In this document: one piece after another, positions 33,715-46,800 of the stretch
How positions within the stretch are numbered: the first letter of the stretch is position 1
How the letters are laid out: every line of letters begins with the position of its first letter
Translations under genes and position numbers: made by a program
Assembly (NCBI GenBank): GCA_001179505.1
Contig: CDMY01000243.1
Span: 605,444 to 669,443 of the forward strand
From: Vitrella brassicaformis CCMP3155
Lineage: Eukaryota; Protista; Chromerida
Reading direction: 5' to 3'
DNA: 64,000 bases
The notes under the pieces: generated by a model
Seen by the model: the letters and a program-made list of their open reading frames with translations, nothing else
Told to the model about the DNA's origin: nothing
The model's database searches: none

Positions 33715-36700
33715 TCATTCACACCGTCCCCGCCCGCCCCATCGACTCACTCGGTTGTTGCGCTTCTGTCGGGGCGGTGCAGCGCCGCCGCGGCGCTCGT
33801 CACGATAGTCCCAAGGACGCATCACGTCTGAGGGGGCACACACAAGGCAACACATACATACAGCACACCCACACCGCCCGTGTGTCGTATGTCTGTGTCT
33901 GTGCCTCTGTGTGGTGTGGTGTGGTGGTTGCTGACCCTGTCCAGCGCCCATCCCAGGAACCACAGCAGGGTCGTTGTCACGGAAGGCCCGCATGTTACCG
34001 CCGTAGCCCCCACCACCGCCCCCGCCACCACCACGCCCGTCACGGCCGTCGTACTCGTCCTCATCATCTAGGACAACACGGAACACTGAAACTGGTGGCA
34101 ATCAATGTCGGCTCGCTGTCTGCCCTGCCTTTGTGGTGGTGGGGGTGCTTACGCCGTCCGCCGTATTGGTCGCGGTGGTCACGGTTGTAGTCACGGTCAC
34201 GGTCCTGACGCACACCGACACACACGCAGGCACAGATCTGCATGTATGTCGAGACGGCATCATCTCATCCATCTGGCTTACGTCGTTGTATTGGTAGTTG
34301 TTGTTGCGCCCCCCTGTGCGTTCGACGTCCTCCTCGCGAGGCCGGTAGTTGTTGTTGTTGCGCCCCCCGCCGTCACGACGGCCGCCACCACCACCACCTC
34401 CACGACGGTCAGGCGTGTCGTACTCATCCTCATACGCTGAGTTGATAAAGAATGCCATCCACACGCAATCGATCCGCCGCTCCATGTGTGTGAGGGCATC
34501 CATCTCTCTGTGTGTTGCTTTCCACTTACTGTCTCGGCCTCGGTCGCAGTCGCGGCTGTCTCGCTGCTGTCGTCGGCTGTCTCGGGGCGCGCTGCCGGAG
34601 CCGGGGGGCGGGGCGGTTGAGGGTAGGTACTGCATGAGCTGGGCCAGCTGCTGCTGCATCTGCTGCTGCATCTGCTGCTGCATCTGTGCCTGCTGCTGCA
34701 TCCGCTGCATCTCCTCCTGGTGCTTGCGATTGTTCTCGGCCAGCTTCTCGCGGTGCATGGCGGCCTGGGCCTCGCTCTGCTGCTGCATATACTCCATCAT
34801 CGCTGACGTGAGACAATGGGTGAGAGGGGGAGGGAGGGAGGGAGGGGCGCGCACACACAGACAGAGAGACACACCCACATGGACGGATGGAGAGATGGCT
34901 GTGTTGCGGGGGATGTGTGTGTATGTGTATGTGTGTGTGTGCGCGCACCCTTGAAGTCGGAAGCCTGTGGCTGGGGGCTGACGCCTGGTGGAACGGAATG
35001 GAATGGAAGGGATGGAGGAAGAGGCAACAAGACAACAGAGGAGGCACGCGTAAATCGATTCTCTGTCTTCCCTCTCAGTCGTGTGTGTTTGGTGGGGTGG
35101 GTCGTACCGTTGGTCGATGCAGCCGCAGCAGCAGCGCCACCTCCAGTGTTGGTGTTGCCGCCCCATCCTCCGCCCCCGACAGACGCCTCGTTGCCCCACC
35201 CGCCGCCAGAGGATGATGCCGCACCTGCGCCGTAGCCACCTCCACTAGGAGAGGTACCGCCCCAACCTCCTCCACCACCGCCTCCAGCACCAGACGAGTT
35301 GCCTCCAGCGGCAGCGGCAGGTGAACCCGACTCCCCAGGAGACGGCAGCAACTCCCCAGCCTGAAGTAATTGAGATTCAAATCAACGTCACGTCAGCTGC
35401 ACTGACTCGACTCTCTCAGTCACTCACATGGCTGCTGGGACCACCTGAACCCGACGCCCCACCACGGAGTCTCGCCACGCGTTCATTGTAAAACTTCAGA
35501 CGTGTTGGGCCGTCCGGGCGGCTCAGCTGCTCCAGAAAGTACATCAGTCTGTCCTTGAACTGGTTGAAGAGGTTGAAGCGTTCCTCGAGAGGCAGCACCT
35601 GGGTGGCCCTGTCTGCATCTTTGTGGAAGTCGGTGCACAGCGCTGCCGACCCCTGCAGGTCCCCATCCGTCTTCCACCGGCGGCGGAGGGCCTCTTGCTG
35701 TGCGTTCACGGCAGGCCGCCACACGAAGTTGGTCACTCTCCCGAGGTTGAACTCGTTCAGGGGAGCCAGGATGTCGGAGATGTGGCGCCTGATATGGGCC
35801 GGCGTATCCGGGTGACTGGCGTAGTTGGCGAAACCCTCCTCCGTCTGAACCAAGACAAACACGCGGCCAAATAAAGCACCGCTCCTTCGAGTGGCTGACT
35901 ATGTGCGTGAGGGCCTACGTGACGTGTTCGATACATACCAGGTTCAGCCGACTAGTGATCATCTCGCGGAAGCTACGATACTCGGGATCGGCAGCACATC
36001 CAAACAGACAAACTGATAGGCAGACAGACGACCAGATAGGCAGACAGACAGACAGACATCCAAAAGTGAGCATGACTCGTGTTCATGCTTCTTACATCGG
36101 CAAGCGGGGTCGCTAGGGTCGAAGGTATCCCTGTACTCGGCCGGCACTGTCTCAGGTGTGTGCACCACCAGCCTGATCCAACCCAGCCTCCCATCCAGCA
36201 GCAGCTCCTCTCCCGCCCCCCGTGTCAGCTCCATGCCCCACGACAGGCGATGGCCGAAGAGGCCATATTGGCGCATGCTCGCCGGTCGGCTGTCGATTTC
36301 CGCCTTGGTGCCCGCGCGCCCCACATCGCGCTCGTCCAGCTGGAGGGGCAGCCTGCCCACATCGCGCTCGTCCAGCTGGAAGGGCAGCCGGACGGACTCG
36401 AGTTTCTTGGCAAGCTGCAGCAGCGGCACACTCCCTGACCAGTCGCCCCCCACCTCTATCAGGTGCCGCAGACGGATCAGCCGAAACACGCGACGGCGAC
36501 TGGTGGACTGACGCAGCGGCTGGTAGTCGATGATGTTCTCCAGTCCGTTGCTCTTGATGAGGCCGTCGATGGCCGACGTCACGGCGGTCTCGACTGCACT
36601 GCTGCCGGCGTGTGACGTGCTGGCCATGGTGTTGTTGACCTGGGTGAGAGTGGTGGTCTCATCGCCCTCTGGACCGATCCATCCGGCGAGTGTGTGTTGG

Positions 36701-37585
36701 AGCTCGGGTGGCAGGCCGTACAGCCGCTGCACGAACAAGTGTGGGTTGGACGGGACGGCACCACCATCACCACCATCACCAGCACCACCACCAGCACCAG
36801 CAGCAGCAGCGGCGGCGGACGACGCCGCCGCGGCATCGCCCAGCGAGCTGTCGGCACCGACCTGACCCTGCAGACACCGCCGCATGCCGGCCCGCATAGT
36901 GACGCCACTCAGCAGGCCCACATCGAGTGTGTACCTTCTTCTCATTTGGTGCGGTTGTCTTCTTGAGTGCGAACTTCTTGAAGTTGCCCTTCAGCTGCAC
37001 ACATCGCATCGCATCGCATCAATCACACACGCACCCACAGAGGGCAAGGTGAATGTTCACAGCATCCATCCAGTGTTGCGCACCCACCAGAGCCAATCCT
37101 TTTAGGTCCGACACGGCAGACTTGTAAGCCTCCATGGACGCAGAGAGCTTCGAGAGCGCACCGTTGGCCATCTTGACTCGAGATGCTCTCATGGGCGACT
37201 CCTGCACACACACACACACACACACATGCCGCATTCACTCACACACGTCACACTTACACATCCCTCTCAGGTCGCTCACCGCGGCCTTTGTCGCCAGGTA
37301 CTTGAGTGCCTCTGGCGGCCCCTGTCACACACACACACAGAACACACAAATAGCGAAGGCATGGCTGATGTGGTGTGGTTGTGCCGCAGGTGACAGAGAG
37401 AGACCTACCTGTGAGTGTAGGCCCTCATGAGCTACTTGCGCGTGGCTGCCGAGCAAACCGCCACCTTGCAGAGCGGCTGACACACACACATCAATGGGCC
37501 GTCATGCGTGTGTGTGTGTGTGTGTGGTGGTGGTGGTGGTGCCTGCCTTCAGCTCACCTGCAGCCGCCGCCTGTTGGTTCATCAT
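33715..37585 (-). CDS. Multi-exon protein: lineage-specific domain followed by GGGW-, Gln/Met- and Arg/Asp/Gly-rich low-complexity C-terminus
   Basis: About 13 exons can be chained through canonical GT-AG sites from MMNQQAAAA (37585) via GPPEALKYLATK, LKGNFKKFALKK, GQVGADSS...FGHRLSWGMEL...FDPSDPACR, TEEGFANY..., AGELLPSPGES...GGGWGG, MMEYMQQQ...QQQMQQQ and AYEDEYD to ...RWGGRGRCE*. Confidence 0.7.
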
Positions 37586-38019
37586 GGTGTGCTATGTGTC
37601 AATCACTCACCAACGAGCGAACACCTGCACAGCACAGACACCAACACGAGATGGGATGAGCAGGGGCGGTGTGATTGATGAGCAGTGGCGTGGTGCTCAC
37701 CCGCCAGACAGCTGTTCTGGTCTGTCATCGATTCCTCCTAGCAGACGTCCATGGCGGATAGATCATCCACCTGTGCTGGAAACGGAAACCAGCCACAAGC
37801 TATCAAACCCAAAGGCGGCAGCAATCACGCCCCTGCGATGACTCTAAATCAAAAGGCGGGGGCGGCGTGTGGGTTAGGGTCCATCCGCGACAGAAACCGA
37901 TGTGTAAGCTCGCTGATCTGAGAGCGTCAGCTGCCTTCTTGGAGTCACTGATCGGACAAGGAAATGGCAGCTGACGCTCTCTCGAGGCCGTTGAATTGCT
38001 GACTGTATCTCTTTCGACA

Positions 38020-39650
38020 ACGTTCATTGAAGTTTGCGGCAGCCGTCCGCGCCGATCCTCCGCCCCTTCGTCGAGCGATTGCGGGAACGTTGCGCCGCCA
38101 TGGCGGGCCGGGAAGAGTACTCGGGAGGTGCCACTGGCACCAAAGACGCGGGGATGGCCACTCGACAAGGTGAGAGGGGATGACTGCACTGTGAGTGTGT
38201 TTCCTCACTCCATGGGTTTGCAATGGGCTGCCTTTGCGTTGTCAGGTGGTGGTGGCACGAGTTCCGATGCATCAGAGTTGGTCGGGCGCCAGTTGGCAGC
38301 GAGTCGCCACAACGACAAACGAGGCACTGCATGAGTCGCATCCCACCGGTCTGTGTGCCTTCCGTTCTTCAGTGCGAAGGAGCACAAGGCTGAGGGCAAC
38401 GACCTGATGGCCAAGAAGAGCCCCCGAGCGGCTCTGGCGACCTACATGAAGGCCATGGAGGCACTCGAGGCGGTCAAGTCCGTTGACATGGGGTCGTGGA
38501 TGGCCCACACCGACAAGGTGCGGCAGCTCACCATGAGCGTCTGGAGCAACTCGGCCCTCGCCGCCCTCAAGGCCGACCTGCTGGACGAGGCCCTCACCTA
38601 CGCCGACCTGCTGCTGGCCCACGATGACACACCCGAAGGTGACCACAGCACAACGAGAGATGAGTGCATTCATGGACTCATCTGTGTGTGTGTGAATGTG
38701 TCTGCAGGCGTTGTTGCGTCGCGCGTGCGCCCGTCGGCTGTCTGGCGACTTGGATGGCGCCGTGGCCGACCTGCGCAAGCTGAAGGCATCACACGAGAGC
38801 TACGGCAGGGAGGCCGACGCCGAGATGGCCCTCCTCGCCCACCACATCCAGCAGCAGAAGGCCAAGGAGCACCAGGTGGGCAGACATCGACATGCACGTG
38901 ACGCGTGTGTGTGTGTGTGTATGTGTGTGTGTGCATGTGTCTGTGTGTTGGCTCCAACAGCTTTTCGGTGGCATGTTTGAGAAGATGTCGTTGTACGGGG
39001 CTCCTGACGGGCGTGACCAGGGGGAGGGGGAGGGGTCTGAAGAGAAGAACTGGGTGATGATGGAACAAGACAAGAGCCTCATCGAGTTGGGGACGGGTTA
39101 TGCCTTCCGCCCCGCCAAGGCCCCCAGAGGCACACAACACATCGGTCAGTGGCACTGGCGATCAGAAGCACCTTCTCCACTCTGCAGATCCGATCCCTCT
39201 CCTCCTTTCCTTGTGTGTGCAGAGTTGCCACCTCTGCGTTTCTTCGACGACCAGCCATCGGACCACCCGGCGACGCGCAGCAGTGCGGGCGTCTTCACCG
39301 TCGGCTCGGCCACCGCCACCGAGGGACGCACCAAGCGCGCCTCCCGCCGTCTGTCGGCTCGGCCGCTGCACTGCGTGAGCACCAAGACGCCTATCCTGCC
39401 CACCGTCTCGAAAGGTGAGTGGGTCGACACACACGAGATGGATGTGCGAGACGATGCGGCATATGTGTGTGTATGTGTGTGCGCAGAGGCTGTGTTCGTG
39501 TTTGGCGGGGACCAGCGTCTGCCGAAGGAGGACACCGAGACGAGCAGCGGGCCGATGACAGAGGACGGCACAGACGGAGCGGCCCAGCAGCAGACGGCGG
39601 GCTTCTGGGGCAAGGTGTGGTCCTTCCTGTTCCCGGAGGGCATGTGCTGC
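38020..39650 (+). CDS. TPR-domain protein (FKBP/cyclophilin-40-type three-TPR clamp)
   Basis: AKEHKAEGNDLMAKKSPRAALATYMKAM, VWSNSALAALKADLLDEALTYAD, ALLRRACARRLSGDLDGAVADLRKL and the following QQKAKEHQ|LFGGMFEK helix. The start and the final exon are not resolved. Confidence 0.75.
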
Positions 39651-41235
39651 GGCTGGTGCCGGGAGGGACACACACACAACTAAACAACACACACTCACAC
39701 ATAACAAACACCCACAGACAGACTGATAGGGACAATAGGGGCGGAAGGAGACGATGGGGATGGCCTGGCTGTAGGGCTGGGTTTCACAGAACCAGAGAGA
39801 TACGGCTGATATGGGTGGCCTGCCTGCCAATGGTGTTGTGTGATGGTGTTTTTTCCAACATCAGCGAAGCGTAACGGTGTGATGTCTCCGTCAGCCCACA
39901 CTCACCCAAAGGCATCAGACTGACACGCGTGCCTCTTTTTCGATTTGGCTCGATTTGTCCCGCTCTTTGTGTGTGATTTGTCGTCGTTTGGCTGCCCTGC
40001 GTGTGCTGATTGTAATGTGTGTATGTGTGTAATGTGTGAGTATCTTGTTTGGTCTGTCTGCCCCGCCAATTTGTGAGTGCGTCGTGTGGCTGGTTCCGCT
40101 CCTTTGTCGTCTGCCCGGGTGCCGAGTGACTGACTGAACGGTATCTTTCCTTCCATCCACCACTCATCCCTCTCTCTGCTCCCAGCACACATACACGAGG
40201 GCTGGCTGGCTGGGCTGGATCTCACACACGAAAGGACAACACACACGGAGGCAGGTGTGGGTGTGCGCATGGTGCTGTATGCCGCAACCAACAAACAGAC
40301 AGACAGACAGACGGACAGACAGGCAGACGGACGGGAAAAGACTTTGGCTGCCCGGCTGGCTGGTTGGCTGGTTGGTCGGCTGGATGCCGCCTGTGGTGTC
40401 TCGTGGGTTTCATTTTGTCGTCGATCAATCTGTATTTTCTCCATCTTTTGTTTTTCATGTGTTGAGCGTCGGGGGCACTCAGTGTGTCGGTCGACTGTGC
40501 CTATGGGCGTTTGCGCGAACTCACGGAATGGTCGGAATGTCAGCTATCATGCGTTTTCCTTTTGGAAAATATATGTGTGGCATTGGTGGATGGGTGGCTG
40601 GGTGGCTGTCGTCGTTTGTCGGTCGGTCGGTCTTTTTGTCACCGCACTGCATCGCATACCCTCGCCAGTCAGTCAGTCCACCACTGCTCTGCCCTCCCCG
40701 CTCCTCAGGAGTAGCGGGGGATCGATGGGCAGCGGTGGACGGGCCGGGCGGGGCAATGCAATTAATGCATTGCGTGTTGTGTTTGTTCGTTTCCTCCCCA
40801 CACCGCCTCGCAACCAGCCAGCCCATTACTGCTTTTTCCTTCCTCTGGCCGCGCCCTTGGCGAGCTGAGGAGAGGGGCAGGAGTGGACACAAATGCAATC
40901 GGTCGGATGGAGGGAGGGTTGGGTGTCGTGTCGTGTTGTGGGTTTCTTTTTGTCATCGTCGGTCTATCGATTCGTTTCTCCATCTCTTCAAGTTGTTTTT
41001 TCCATTGATTGGTTCGGCTGTCATCAGGGGAACTCAGCCAGTGTGTCGGTGTTTCTTTTTGCCCTTTTGTCGACTGCGTGTAAGTGTGTTGGGGGGGACT
41101 CAGGGGATGGCTGGCGTGTCAGTACTGACCCGTCTTCTTTTTGTGCGTGGGATGTCAAGGCGAGCATCACCACGTGGGACAGCCAGCCCATCGACCACCC
41201 AATTAGGTACTCAGACTGTCTGTCTGTCTGTCTGT
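39350..41235 (+). repeat. Right arm of inverted duplication (partner 25400-27165)
   Basis: Reverse-complement match to the left arm. Confidence 0.9.
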
Positions 41236-42509
41236 CTTGCTCTCACCTCGCCCCCCACACCCACACTTAGCCAAGTGCTCTGATTGATACATAGCCAGGC
41301 CAAGCCAAGCTGAGCTGTTCTTGTGTGCATGCCGTCTGTGTGTGGGTGTGTGGCAAGCACCCACCCTCCCACACGACTCGCTCTCAGACAGACAGATCAA
41401 GGGGGCGGTGTAGTCTTATCTACTGCCGCGTCCGCTGTGTGTGTGTGCGTACTGTCTGTCTGTCTGTCTGTGGCAGAGTGGCTGTGTGCGAGTGACGTGT
41501 GCGCGTAATGGTGGCGGTTTGCGAGAGCGAGGCGGGTGATATGCATCTGTCTGATGGCCGGTGCACATAACCACAGACAATGATATCTTAGATGGGATCC
41601 CTCACAGCCATGGGAGGGTGGGGCTGTGGATGCGATGTGTGCGGCTCAGCGTGGTTGATGGAGTGAACTAGTCAACATGAATCGATGGACGGATGGCAGA
41701 CTGATCATGCAAAGCCAATTGCAATGGAAACCGTATCTGCGAGCTTAAAGGCTGAGCGGCCGGCGATCTCTTGTTCTTTTTGGCGACTGTAGGGCTGCGC
41801 GGAGTGCCTGTGTGGTGCACCAAGTGCTGCCGAGATGCTGTCGATCAGCAGGCGTGTCGTCATCTCCCGGCTGGCGGCGCTGATCTGACCTCATCTGACA
41901 AAGTGAGACTGTGAGAGGGACAGAAAAGGCATTAGCGACGGCACTGCATGTGTTCTCTGTGTGTGGCTGTGTGGCAGGGCTGTGCCGTGAGCTGCGGGTG
42001 GCTCAGCTTGCCAGCTGTGCGTTGAATCCAGCAGCCTTGGCAGCTTGATGGCTCAAGCTGTGCGTTGAATCCGCCGTGGCAGGTTAATTGCCTCTTCCTC
42101 ACGCTGAGTGAGAACGGCGGATTTTCCATCGACGGGCAGACCAACCACAAGTCCGGGTGTGGCGAGATCATGCCGTCGCCAATACGACGGCATGTGGCTG
42201 AGGATGGCGTGTGGCGCTGGCGGTCTGTCAGGCACGAGGTCAGCTGAATGGATGATGACAGCACTCGAGAGGCGGCTCCCTTGATGCAGCCGCCGCAACA
42301 ACCGTTGCTTTCTCTGCTTGGTCTGTGTGCAGGTGAGGATTGCTGTGGTTCCGGTTCCTCAGGAGGGCTGGTCCTACGGACTCACTCACGAGAGCGGACA
42401 GCCACCCACAAAACACGACAAACAGGTCGGTGGGAGGATGGGTGGCAGAGACAACACACAACACACCTGGCTGCATGTCTCTCGTCCATCCCCTGTGTGT
42501 GTGTGTGTG

Positions 42510-42830
42510 CCGTCAGCCATGGCATCGTCTGTCCCGCGATGAGCTCGGGTGCATCTTCGGCTACCTGTACCCGTGGGAGCTCGAGCGGCTGGAGGCCTCG
42601 CTGCGCACCCCGCTGTTTCTCCTCGCCCCCGCCCACTACTCACACCTTTCCATCGATGCATCCGATGACGAGGCCGTTCTCCTGTGGACGGCTATGCGTT
42701 ACCGGCACCAAGCAGGGCGACCTTCCCTGTCTGAGAGGGAGAGAGGGCGGCATTTATCGCCGCTCTCCTCCATGTGCACTGGCTCGGGAGCAGCGGACGT
42801 GTGGCTGGCCGTCGTGGTGGGGTGCGTCGG
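42510..42830 (+). pseudogene. Fragment of lineage-specific F-box-like family gene
   Basis: WHRLSRDELGCIFGYLYPWELERL...HYSHLSIDASDDEAVLLWTAM, with no recognisable continuation. Confidence 0.5.
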
Positions 42831-43809
42831 TATTCTTTATGTGTGTGTGCGTGTGTGCGTGTGTTGTGTGTCTGGATGGATGGATGGATGGTCAGTGTAC
42901 TGGCAGTTTCTTCAGTACCGTAGCGCAGGCACCCACTCACTGGTGTGTGTAGTTTGCTGGATGGCTTTCCTTCGCAAAGGTCACAGGTAGGGAGATTGAC
43001 GCGGCATTGGTTGCTGTAGATTCCGTGAGCACAGGCAGGCAGGCAGGAGAGAGAGAGAAGTGTGCACTAGTTCACGGGCAAGTCTGTCTGCCCTCCTGCC
43101 CTCTCGTCTGTCTGCCTGTTGTGTGTGAGGCAGCTTGCTGTGCTGAACCGCACACAACGTGTCGTCTTTCTGTGGTCGACGGAGGGCGAATTGATGGATG
43201 GATGGTAGTAGGTAGCCAGTTTCCCTTCGCAAAGGTCACAGGTAGGCACATTGACTGACTGACTGACAGACAGGTATGCGCCGAGTAGTGTGCGGCATTT
43301 TATGTGTGTTGTCTGTCTGCTTGGGCGAGTGCATTTATTCTGCTTGCTGCTTCACGTGGGCCCAGGGAGGCAGACAGGTCAGAGGCACCAATGAATGAAC
43401 TCAACCAGACAGACGTACATCCATTTCATGTGTGTCTGTCACGTGTGTCGGTCGATAGGGGCAGTGCAGGGAGGCCGGCAGACAGACAGACAGACAGGCA
43501 GGTGGAGAGAGGGACACATCCAACAGGCAGCTGCAACTGGAGAGAGAGAGATAGAGGTGACTTGCTGCCTGTGCGGACAAACAGTGGCAGTGTCATTACA
43601 TGGTGATGGCTGGGCGGCAACGGAGCCGCTGGTCTGTTCAACACCGATAGATTATCCACACAAAGCCACACCAAGACGCCCTGACAGCCCATCGTCACCA
43701 CCAAAGTCAATTGAGATCTCCGCCCCCTCAGTGCATTTGAGTGATATTTGTCCTCCAAACGGTCTGTTTGTGCTCATCAAGTGTGCCGTCAAAGCCAAGG
43801 GGCGGGGAG

Positions 43810-46800
43810 ATGGCCACAAATACTGTGCGAGCTGGATCGCCTCCCTTCGCGAAGAGAAAGAGAGTAGAAATGGCGCCGCCCAACGTCGCCTGGCATCCAG
43901 CACCGATGCCCTGTCATCCTCATTATTGCTATCCGCCTGGACGGCCGGCACTTCCGCTCATCAACCCGCCGGCGTCCTATGGCTACCACGAGGGGCTGTC
44001 GCGACACTACTATCCCGTCCCCGCCACCGCGCCCGACGCCCCTGAGGGCCAGCAAACTGAGATGTGCGCCCCCTGTGAGGCCGCGGTCAACGCCGCCCGT
44101 GCTATGGACCAATGGTTCCGAGAGCAACTCGCGAAGATCGGCGAGTCGCTGCGGCAGTGCGGGTGCTGCCTCGTCAGCGGACCAGAGAGCCAAGAGGCTC
44201 AGCGGCCGAGCGGTCCCTCGGCCGACGACCAGCTGACAGGCACCTCGCCGACCACACCTCGCTGGGGGAACGTTGCACCCCCCCGGGCTCTGCAGCAGCG
44301 CGACGGCCCTCCTGCTGCATCCCACCCCCACCCCCTTCCCCTTCCCCACCCCCACCATATGGGGTTTGTGGCTGCGCACTCGCCCCCGGCCCCGCTGCGG
44401 CCCATCTACCCGGCCACGGCCACCCCACCACTGATGGGACTGCAGCACCAGCAGGCTCCCCGCACGACGTCCGCCGCACCACGGCCACGGCCACCTATCC
44501 ACCCCAGCGGACCGGGGCGGCCTGCTGTAATCGTTCGTGCTGGGCCGCTTAACGGCGGTCTTCAGCCGGGAGAGGGAGGGGTACATGTGCATGTGCATGA
44601 TTCATCCAGCCAGCAGCCCACCAGCCACCACCACGAGGCTGCTCCAGCCATGCCGCCCACTACAGAAGACGACCACCACGGGCAGGCCAGCAAGACAGAG
44701 GAGGGAGAGAGAGAGGAGAAGGCCAACACAGCCGCCCCCANNNNNNNNNNNNNNNNNNNNNNNNNNNNNNNNNNNNNNNNNNNNNNNNNNNNNNNNNNNN
44801 NNNNNNNNNNNNNNNNNNNNNNNNNNNNNNNNNNNNNNNNNNNNNNNNNNNNNNNNNNNNNNNNNNNNNNNNNNNNNNNNNNNNNNNNNNNNNNNNNNNN
44901 NNNNNNNNNNNNNNNNNNNNNNNNNNNNNNNNNNNNNNNNNNNNNNNNNNNNNNNNNNNNNNNNNNNNNNNNNNNNNNNNNNNNNNNNNNNNNNNNNNNN
45001 NNNNNNNNNNNNNNNNNNNNNNNNNNNNNNNNNNNNNNNNGGCTGGGCGGCCACGGACCCGCTGGTCTGTTCAACACCGATAGATTATCCACACAAAGCC
45101 ACACAAAGGCGCCCTGACAGCCCATCGTCACCACCAAAGTCAATTGAGATCTCCGCCCCCTCAGTGCATTTGAGTGATATTTGTCCTCTGAACGGTCTGT
45201 TTGTGCTCATCAAGTGTGCCCTCAAAGCCAAGGGGCGGGGAAATGGCCACAAATACTGTGCGAGCTGGATCGCCTCCCTTCGCGAAGAGAAAGAGAGTAG
45301 AAATGGCGCCGCCTTACGTCGCCTGGCATCCTGCACCGATGCCCTGTCATCAACATTATTACTATCCGCCTGGACGGCCGGCACTTCCGCTCCTCAACCC
45401 GCCGGCGTCCTATGGCTACCACGAGGGGCTGTCGCGGCACTACTATCCCGTCCCCGCCACCACGCCCGACGCCCCTGAGGGCCAGCAAACTGAGATGTGC
45501 GCCCCCTGTGAGGCTGTGGTCAACGCCGCCCGTGCTATGGAACAATGGTTGCAGAAGCAACTCGCGAGGATCGGCGAGTCGCTGCGGCAGTGCGGGTGCT
45601 GCCTTGTCAGCGGACCAGAGAGCCAAGAGGCTCAGCGGCCGAGCGATCCCTCGGCCGACGACCAGCTGACAGGCACCTCGCCGACCACACCTCACTGGGG
45701 GAACGTTGCACACCCCCGGGCTCTGCAGCAGCGCGACGGCCCTCCTGCTGCATCCCACCCCCATCCCCACCCCCTTCCCCACCCCCACCATTTGGGGTTT
45801 GTGGCTGCGCACTCGCGCCGGCCCCGCTGCGGCCCATCTACACGGCCACGGCCACCCCACCACTGATGGGACTGCAGCACCAGCAGGCTCCCCGCACGAC
45901 GTCCGCCGCACCACGGCCACGGCCACCTATCCACCCCAGCGGACCGGGGCGGCCTGCTGTAATCGTTCGTGCTGGGCCGCTTAACGGCGGTCTTCAGCCG
46001 GGAGAGGGAGGGGTACATGTGCATGTGCATGATTCATCCAGCCAGCAGCCCACCAGCCACCACCACGAGGCTGCTCCAGCCATGCCGCCCACTACAGAAG
46101 ACGACCACCACGGGCAGGCCAGCAAGACAGAGGAGGGAGAGAGAGAGGAGAAGGCCAACACAGCCGCCCCCATGCCATCAGCAGCACCAGAGCTCCCCGA
46201 GCTGAGTAGCCAGCACCAGCAGCAGAGTGGAGAGGGCGACGAGCCGGCCAGTAGAGAGGAGGAGACGGAGGCCGAGAATGTAGCATTTGCTGCCCCGTGT
46301 TTTGAGAGTGCCCCTCGCCCTGCCGAGGAGGCACACGATAGTGTGCAGGAGGAGGGCGTGTCTGCGCCCGACTGTGACCAGGACGACCACAGCAGGTATG
46401 TCAGGCCACACACAGAGAGTGCCACATCGTCCTGCACATCTCATTTGGTCTGCCCTGTCGCTCACTGTGTGGACTGCTCGTTTGGTCGCAGGGCGTCCAT
46501 CTGTGTNNNNNNNNNNNNNNNNNNNNNNNNNNNNNNNNNNNNNNNNNNNNNNNNNNNNNNNNNNNNNNNNNNNNNNNNNNNNNNNNNNNNNNNNNNNNNN
46601 NNNNNNNNNNNNNNNNNNNNNNNNNNNNNNNNNNNNNNNNNNNNNNNNNNNNNNNNNNNNNNNNNNNNNNNNNNNNNNNNNNNNNNNNNNNNNNNNNNNN
46701 NNNNNNNNNNNNNNNNNNNNNNNNNNNNNNNNNNNNNNNNNNNNNNNNNNNNNNNNNNNNNNNNNNNNNNNNNNNNNNNNNNNNNNNNNNNNNNNNNNNN

